Shown here piece after piece: positions 58,356-64,000 of a stretch of DNA of 64,000 bases. The notes beneath the pieces were generated by a model. The model worked only from the letters and a program-made list of their open reading frames with translations. It was not told where the DNA came from and ran no database searches. A program made the translations under genes and the position numbers. This DNA is from Acidimicrobiia bacterium (GTDB lineage Bacteria > Actinomycetota > Acidimicrobiia > Spongiisociales > UBA4744), in the NCBI GenBank assembly GCA_029863625.1, contig JAOTUY010000004.1, positions 3,517-67,516 on the forward strand, given 5' to 3'. How positions within the stretch are numbered: the first letter of the stretch is position 1; each line of letters opens with the position of its first letter.

Positions 58356-59270
58356 ATGGGTAGGACACAGCACGTCGTGACGACCGACCTGGCCGGCGAA
58401 CGAGCGGACAAGGTCGTCGCGGTCGTGGCGGGTCTCAGCCGGGCGGCAGCACGTTCCTTGATCGACCGGGGATTGGTGACTGTGCAGGGCGAGCCGGTCG
58501 ACCCCAAACAGCGGCTCGTCGAAGGCGTTGAGCTGGACATCGAGATGCCCGTTCTGCATCGGCTCGAGCCCGAGCCAATCCCGCTGGTCGTCCGGTATGA
58601 GGACGACCATGTGGCTGTTGTCGAAAAGCCGGCCGGGATGGTCGTTCATCCAGGTGCCGGCCGGGCAACCGGCACCCTCGCCGCGGGTCTGCTCGCCCGC
58701 TGGCCCAAGGTGGAAGGCGTCGGCGCGGCCGATCGATGGGGTATCGTCCACCGCCTCGACCGTGAGGTTTCCGGTCTTCTGGTTGTTGCTTTGACAGAGG
58801 TTGCCTACGAGGTGCTGGTCGCTTCGCTCGCCCGGCGGTCCGTTGTCAGGGACTACCGGGCCCTGGTGTGGGGAGCTTTTGACGCGGCCACCGGCACCAT
58901 CGATGCTCCCATCGGGCGGGATTCCCGGTCTCCCGCCCGGATGGCGACGCAGGTGGAAGGGCGCCCTTCGCGGACCCACTTCCGCCGGACGGCCTACTGG
59001 TCCCAGGCCGACCTATCGATGCTGGACGTAAGCCTCGAGACCGGTCGCACCCATCAGATCAGGGTCCATCTCGCTTCGATCGGACATCCGGTGGTCGGTG
59101 ATCGTGCCTACGGCCGGCCCGGCCCTCCGGGTATCGATCCCCACCGGGTCTGGCTGCACGCGGCTCACCTCGAATTCGACCATCCGGTCATCCACCAGAA
59201 GATTTCGGTGGATTCGCCCCTCCCCGAAGAGCTTCATGAGTCCTTGGGAGCGCTTGGACCGCCTGACTGA
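58356..59270 (+). CDS. rluD: RluA/RluD-family pseudouridine synthase with S4 domain
   Basis: YEDD, KPAGMVVHP, IVHRLDR, LETGRTHQIRVH, LHA. Confidence 0.9.
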   Translation: MGRTQHVVTTDLAGERADKVVAVVAGLSRAAARSLIDRGLVTVQGEPVDPKQRLVEGVELDIEMPVLHRLEPEPIPLVVRYEDDHVAVVEKPAGMVVHPGAGRATGTLAAGLLARWPKVEGVGAADRWGIVHRLDREVSGLLVVALTEVAYEVLVASLARRSVVRDYRALVWGAFDAATGTIDAPIGRDSRSPARMATQVEGRPSRTHFRRTAYWSQADLSMLDVSLETGRTHQIRVHLASIGHPVVGDRAYGRPGPPGIDPHRVWLHAAHLEFDHPVIHQKISVDSPLPEELHESLGALGPPD

Positions 59271-59275
59271 ACGAA

Positions 59276-59332
59276 CTGTCCGCGTTCCGGTATCCGCCAT
59301 CCGAGGGTGCTAATGGCTGATAACGGACAGCC
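59276..59332. terminator. Imperfect long hairpin between convergent rluD and pfk
   Basis: CTGTCCG...TATC.GCCAT / ATGGC.GATA.CGGACAG with roughly 7-nt internal periodicity. Confidence 0.5.
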
Positions 59333-59340
59333 GATAACTG

Positions 59341-60372
59341 CTACCCGAAGAAGGTCCGGGCGACGTCGTAGGTGGCCTCATCGACACCGCGGATGTCGGC
59401 GCACGCCTCGTCGAGCGGCACCGGAACGATATTCGGGCCCTTGGCGGCAACCATGACGCCGTGAGTCCCGGCCACCGCCAGATCGGCCGCCACTACCCCC
59501 AGCCTGGTACCGAGCACACGGTCGAAAGCGGTTGGTGTGCCACCCCGCTGCAAGTGACCAAGCACGGTGACCCGGGTCTCGAATCCGGTTAGTTTCTCGA
59601 GCGCCGGAGCGATCTGATAAGCAACTCCGCCCAGTCGCTTGAAACCAAACTCGTCGACCTCGGCCTCCCGCGGGTTGGCCGTCGGCGGTGGTTCGATGCC
59701 TTCCGCCACGACGACTACCGAATAGGAGTGTCCATGGCGATGGCGGGAGCGGATCACGTCGGCGACTTCGTCCAAGTCATAAGGTATTTCGGGGATGAGC
59801 ACCGCGTCGGCTCCACCTGCGATTCCGGCGTAGGTTGCGATCCAACCTTTGGTACGCCCCATCACCTCGACCAGCATGATCCGGTTGTGAGATTCCGCCG
59901 TTGTCGTGATTCTGTCGATCGCTTCGGTGGCGATCTCGAGCGCGGTATCGAAACCAAACGTCCAGTCGGTGGCGGCGATATCGTTGTCGATTGTCTTGGG
60001 TACCCCAACGACCTTCAGTCCTTCGTTGGAGAGCTTCAGCGCCGAAAGCAACGTTCCGTCGCCTCCAATGACTATCAGGGAATCGATGCCGTTCCGTTCG
60101 ATGGTCTTGCGAACACTTTCGTAGCCATCGCCATGCACATACGGGTCCATCCGAGAAGTCCCGAGAATCGTCCCTCCCCGGGCCAGGATGCCCCGCACCG
60201 AGTCTCGGTCGAGTGACCGGGTCCGCCCCTGCATCAGCCCTTCCCATCCATTGAGAACGCCGACCGCCTCGGCTCCGTGACGCTCCGTCGCTCGGGTCAC
60301 AACCGCGCGGATCACCGCATTGAGACCGGGACAGTCGCCGCCGGCGGTGAGGACTCCGATCACATTGCTCAT
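59341..60372 (-). CDS. pfkA: 6-phosphofructokinase (PfkA family), ATP-type signature
   Basis: GGDCPGLN, GGTILG, GGDGT, PKTIDND, VMGR, LGHLQRGG. Confidence 0.93.
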   Translation of the reverse strand: MSNVIGVLTAGGDCPGLNAVIRAVVTRATERHGAEAVGVLNGWEGLMQGRTRSLDRDSVRGILARGGTILGTSRMDPYVHGDGYESVRKTIERNGIDSLIVIGGDGTLLSALKLSNEGLKVVGVPKTIDNDIAATDWTFGFDTALEIATEAIDRITTTAESHNRIMLVEVMGRTKGWIATYAGIAGGADAVLIPEIPYDLDEVADVIRSRHRHGHSYSVVVVAEGIEPPPTANPREAEVDEFGFKRLGGVAYQIAPALEKLTGFETRVTVLGHLQRGGTPTAFDRVLGTRLGVVAADLAVAGTHGVMVAAKGPNIVPVPLDEACADIRGVDEATYDVARTFFG

Positions 60373-60402
60373 ACGGGCCTCTCCGAGTGGCTCAGCGGAC
60401 TC

Positions 60403-61551
60403 CTAATAGAGGAACATGGGTTTGCCGGTTACGTGGCGAACCTTGGCCCGATAGTTGTCCGCGTCGTACAGTTCGGTGACATCCACACGCTTGACGCCCT
60501 CCTTCGTAACCGAGATGGGGACGTTGGTGTAGGTGCCTCCCCGTAGCGCGACCATTCGGCCGGTTGAGCCCTCCATGGCCAGATCGGCGGCCATTACCGC
60601 GTAGTTGATCGCCACCATCAAGTCGAGGGAATCCGGGCTTCCCGATCGCATCAGATAGGCCACGCGCTGCTCAATGATGCCGATGCCCGTCTTCTCTTTC
60701 AGTAGCTCGCCGGTAACCGTTCCGACGCCCCCAAGCTTGCGGTGACCGTATGCATCCGGTTCGCCGGACTGGATCACCTCGCCGCCGATAATGCTGGCTC
60801 CTTCGGAGATGGCCACCATCGCGTAATTGCTCGGGTTGTTTTGGCGATCGCGGACCAGCATGTCAGCCAGTGTGTCGATGTCGAAGGGAACCTCGGAGAT
60901 CAGAACTCGGTCGACGCCGGCCAGGTAGGCAGTAACTAGCGCCGTCTCGCCGCTATTCCTTCCGAAGAGTTCGACGACCGCAATGCGTTCATGTGACCCG
61001 GTACTCGTGCGTAGATTCGTGATGAAGTCGACTCCCCGGGTTACCGCCGTTGAGAACCCGATGCAGTACTCGGTTCCGTGCACGTCATTGTCCATCGTCT
61101 TCGGAATAGCGATCACGGGTACGTCCTCTTCGTGCATCCGCATTCCGTACGAAAGGGTGTCATCGCCGCCGATGGGAATCAGGACATCGATCTTCTGGTC
61201 CTCCAAGACGGTCTTGACATGGTCGGTGAAATCGAACGGCCCGTCTCCGATGGCCTGCTCGGCGAGGAAGTCGGGTATCTCCTTGGGCCGGACCCGCTGG
61301 GGGTTCGTTCGAGAGGTGTGCAACATCGTGCCGCCGGTTCGATCAATGGTGCGCACGACCTGCGGGTCGAGAGGTCGAAAATTGCGAGCTGCCGAGTCTG
61401 GGTCGGCGGGGTTGTGATTGAGGAGACCGGCCCAACCGCGTCGGATGCCGAGGACCTCGTGGCCCTCCTCCGCGACCCGGTTGACCACGGCCTTGATGCA
61501 TGGGTTGAGGCCGGGTACATCGCCACCGCCGGTCAAGATTCCAATCCGCAT
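60403..61551 (-). CDS. Phosphofructokinase (PfkA family), PPi-type signature
   Basis: [30 protein letters not shown]. Confidence 0.88.
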   Translation of the reverse strand: MRIGILTGGGDVPGLNPCIKAVVNRVAEEGHEVLGIRRGWAGLLNHNPADPDSAARNFRPLDPQVVRTIDRTGGTMLHTSRTNPQRVRPKEIPDFLAEQAIGDGPFDFTDHVKTVLEDQKIDVLIPIGGDDTLSYGMRMHEEDVPVIAIPKTMDNDVHGTEYCIGFSTAVTRGVDFITNLRTSTGSHERIAVVELFGRNSGETALVTAYLAGVDRVLISEVPFDIDTLADMLVRDRQNNPSNYAMVAISEGASIIGGEVIQSGEPDAYGHRKLGGVGTVTGELLKEKTGIGIIEQRVAYLMRSGSPDSLDLMVAINYAVMAADLAMEGSTGRMVALRGGTYTNVPISVTKEGVKRVDVTELYDADNYRAKVRHVTGKPMFLY

Positions 61552-61774
61552 GGTTTAACTCCTCGTTGACAGCTCGTGACCGGCCCCGGCGCTCCCGATG
61601 CCGACTCGCGGGTCCGCGAGTGGAACCAGCACGATCCGACCGAAGGATACTAGTGCAGTATCACGCAGCATCTCGGGGTCGACCGTACTCGCCTCATGGC
61701 GGCGCGGAAGAGCGGAAGCGCGCCTGGTAGGGTACAAATCCCAGCAATGTAATTCTCGAGGAGAGCCTTCGACG

Positions 61775-64000
61775 GTGGAATCGGACAGCTTCGCGCACCT
61801 CCATCTTCACACCGAATTCTCGATGCTCGACGGCGCAGCTCGTGTGAATGAGGTCGTGAAGGCCGCCCAACGCGATGGACAGCCGGCGGTGGCAATCACC
61901 GACCACGGGGTCCTCTATGGGGCCGTTGACTTCTACAAGGCAGCCGTCGAAGAAGGCATCAAACCGATCATCGGCGTCGAGGCTTACGTAACGCCCGGGT
62001 CTCGTTTCGATCGCCCATCTCGCAACCAGAATGTCCGTCACCATCTGACGTTGCTCGCCGAAAATGAAACGGGTTATCGGAACCTCATCAAGTTAGTGAG
62101 CCGGGCCTATCTGGAGGGGTACTACTACAAGCCGCGGATGGATCTCGAGCTTTTGGCGGAGCACTCCGAAGGAGTTATCGCCGGCTCCGGCTGCCTGGGA
62201 GGACCTGTTGCTCAGCAGTTGGCCCCCGATGCCTCCCGTGAGGAGGGCAATCAAGGGCAGATCCGTGACTTCGAAGCAGCTTTGAGCACTGCTGCCCGGT
62301 ATCAGGACATCTTCGGCCGAGACAACTTCTTCATCGAGTTGCAGGACCACGGGCTCGAGCCGCAGCAACGGATCCTTCCCGACCTTGTTGAGATTTCCAA
62401 ACAGCTGGCTGCCCCCCTGCTGGCCACCAACGACTCGCACTACACCTATCAAGACGAAGCGGAAGCGCACGACGTCTTGCTGTGTATCCAGACTGGTTCG
62501 ACGGTCGACGAGCCGAACAGGTTCAAGTTCGAAGGCCAGGAGTTCTACCTCAAAAGCTCACAGCAGATGCGATCTATCTTCCCGGACGATCTCTACCCGC
62601 GGGCGTGCGACAACACTCTCTGGGTGGCCGAGCGGGCCAACGTGAAGTTGGAGTTCGGCAATATGCTGCTCCCGCACTTCCCGGTTCCGGACGGACACAC
62701 CGAGTCTTCGTATCTACGAGCGCTCGTTATCGAAGGCGCCCACCAGCGATACGGAGACTCGTTCTCTCCTGAGATAACGGATCGCCTCGAACACGAGTTG
62801 CGGATTGTCGACGAGATGGGCTTCCCCGCCTATTTTCTGATCGTGTGGGATCTGATCCGGTATGCTCGCGAACACGGGATCAGAACCGGACCCGGCCGAG
62901 GGAGCGCAGCCGGATCGATCATCTCCTACTCACTGCAGATCACCGCTCTGGACCCTCTCGAGTACGGCCTGATTTTTGAGCGTTTCCTCAACCCGGGTCG
63001 GCGCGAGATGCCGGACATCGACATGGACTTCGATGAGCGGTATCGCTCCGATGTGATTCGCTACGCCAGCGAGCGGTACGGAACCGATCACGTCGCCCAG
63101 ATCGTGACCTTCTCCACCATCAAAGGCCGCCAGGCGATCCGTGATTCGGCCCGCGTTCTCGGCTACTCCTACGGCTTGGGTGACCGGGTTGCCAAGATGA
63201 TGCCGCCTCCGATCCTCGGAAAGGAAGCGGATCTCAATCAGTGCCTGGTCGATCCGGGACCGGGGGCCGACCCGGCGATCAGGGACTTCCATTCGAACGC
63301 GGCTCCGCTCCGGGATGCCTATGCCTCCGATCCAGATGTGCAGCGGGTGGTTGATACCGCCCGGGGATTGGAAGGGCTCCGCCGCCAGGACGGTATACAC
63401 GCCGCGGCGGTAGTGATCTCGGCTCAACCGCTGACCGACATCGTGCCGATCCAGCGGAAAGGAGAAGGCGCTGAGATCGTCACCCAATACGAAATGCACG
63501 GGATCGAAGCCCTCGGTCTTCTCAAGATGGACTTCCTGGGGCTCCGCAACCTGTCGACCATCGAGCGAGCCGTCGAGTTGATCGGGGAATCACGAGGGGA
63601 GGATGTCGACGTCGATCATCTTCCGCTCGACGATCCCGTCACCTTCGAGATGCTCAGGCGAGGCGACACCATCGGGGTGTTTCAACTCGAGGGCAATGCT
63701 ATGCGTTCCCTGATACGGAGCCTCCAGCCGGAGAGCTTCGACGACATCGTTGCCGTAAACGCGCTTTTTCGTCCCGGTCCCATGGGTCAGAACATGCATT
63801 ACGAATACGCCGACCGGAAGAATGGGCGCAAACCGGTGGAATACCCGCATCCGCTCACGGTCCCTTTCCTCGAGTCGACCTACGGGATCATCGTGTATCA
63901 GGAGCAGGTCATGCAAGTCGCTCGTGACCTGGCGGGGTACTCGATGGCCGAGGCCGACACGCTCCGGAAGGCCATGGGCAAGAAGGTCAAGGCCATCATG
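61775..64000 (+). CDS. dnaE: DNA polymerase III alpha subunit, 5' part (continues past window end; absent from the ORF track)
   Basis: Manual translation from GTG 61775: MESDSFAHLHLHTEFSMLDGAAR, ITDHG, GPGRGSAAGS, FERFLNPGR.EMPDIDMDF, GLLKMDFLGLRNL, IVYQEQVMQ. Confidence 0.96.
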   Translation, partial: MESDSFAHLHLHTEFSMLDGAARVNEVVKAAQRDGQPAVAITDHGVLYGAVDFYKAAVEEGIKPIIGVEAYVTPGSRFDRPSRNQNVRHHLTLLAENETGYRNLIKLVSRAYLEGYYYKPRMDLELLAEHSEGVIAGSGCLGGPVAQQLAPDASREEGNQGQIRDFEAALSTAARYQDIFGRDNFFIELQDHGLEPQQRILPDLVEISKQLAAPLLATNDSHYTYQDEAEAHDVLLCIQTGSTVDEPNRFKFEGQEFYLKSSQQMRSIFPDDLYPRACDNTLWVAERANVKLEFGNMLLPHFPVPDGHTESSYLRALVIEGAHQRYGDSFSPEITDRLEHELRIVDEMGFPAYFLIVWDLIRYAREHGIRTGPGRGSAAGSIISYSLQITALDPLEYGLIFERFLNPGRREMPDIDMDFDERYRSDVIRYASERYGTDHVAQIVTFSTIKGRQAIRDSARVLGYSYGLGDRVAKMMPPPILGKEADLNQCLVDPGPGADPAIRDFHSNAAPLRDAYASDPDVQRVVDTARGLEGLRRQDGIHAAAVVISAQPLTDIVPIQRKGEGAEIVTQYEMHGIEALGLLKMDFLGLRNLSTIERAVELIGESRGEDVDVDHLPLDDPVTFEMLRRGDTIGVFQLEGNAMRSLIRSLQPESFDDIVAVNALFRPGPMGQNMHYEYADRKNGRKPVEYPHPLTVPFLESTYGIIVYQEQVMQVARDLAGYSMAEADTLRKAMGKKVKAIM

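Noticed and set aside
1009-63916. Many long alternative-frame and antisense ORFs (e.g. 1009-1818, 6100-7071, 12578-13624, 50482-51882, 57879-58979)
   Set aside because: They overlap well-supported genes and have no recognisable motifs; such shadow ORFs are expected in high-GC DNA
61775-64000. Intein or frameshift in dnaE (gene missing from the ORF track)
   Set aside because: PHP and polymerase motifs follow at normal spacing; the gene is missing from the track only because its stop lies outside the window

Overview
GC-rich core chromosome of an actinobacterium, probably class Acidimicrobiia (inferred from queG, murB inside the dcw cluster, no ftsA, the sepF/yggT/divIVA block, an ileS T-box and many leaderless genes). 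Order along the window: ilvB-ilvN-ilvC (minus strand) with a leader-peptide attenuator; a NYN-domain RNase, a structured spacer and a small CxxC protein; ilvD; queG; a Zn-ribbon / metallophosphoesterase / SRPBCC / ArsA(Get3)-like / small protein / ROK glucokinase / DUF1232 / LLM run; a class I aminotransferase; glgP; ltaE; fabD-fabH-fabG-acpP-fabF; NUDIX and histidine phosphatase; dinB with an SOS box; DUF3040; a MerR regulator; MoxR-DUF58-transglutaminase; a degenerate serine-recombinase domain; HNH; USP; the dcw cluster from mraZ to divIVA without murF; ileS with a full-length T-box; DUF167-dksA-lspA-rluD; two tandem PFKs; and the 5' part of dnaE. I saw no rRNA, tRNA, CRISPR array or intact mobile element. 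The best candidates for something undescribed are (i) the NYN RNase + ~165-nt structured element + CxxC mini-protein module, where both genes carry a PafBC-like promoter motif, and (ii) a Get3-like ATPase with an alpha-crystallin-like tail next to a mini-protein ending in an IxL motif. A dispersed family of degenerate heptamer repeats sits just 3' of several genes. All calls come from reading motifs by eye; no searches or folding programs were run.
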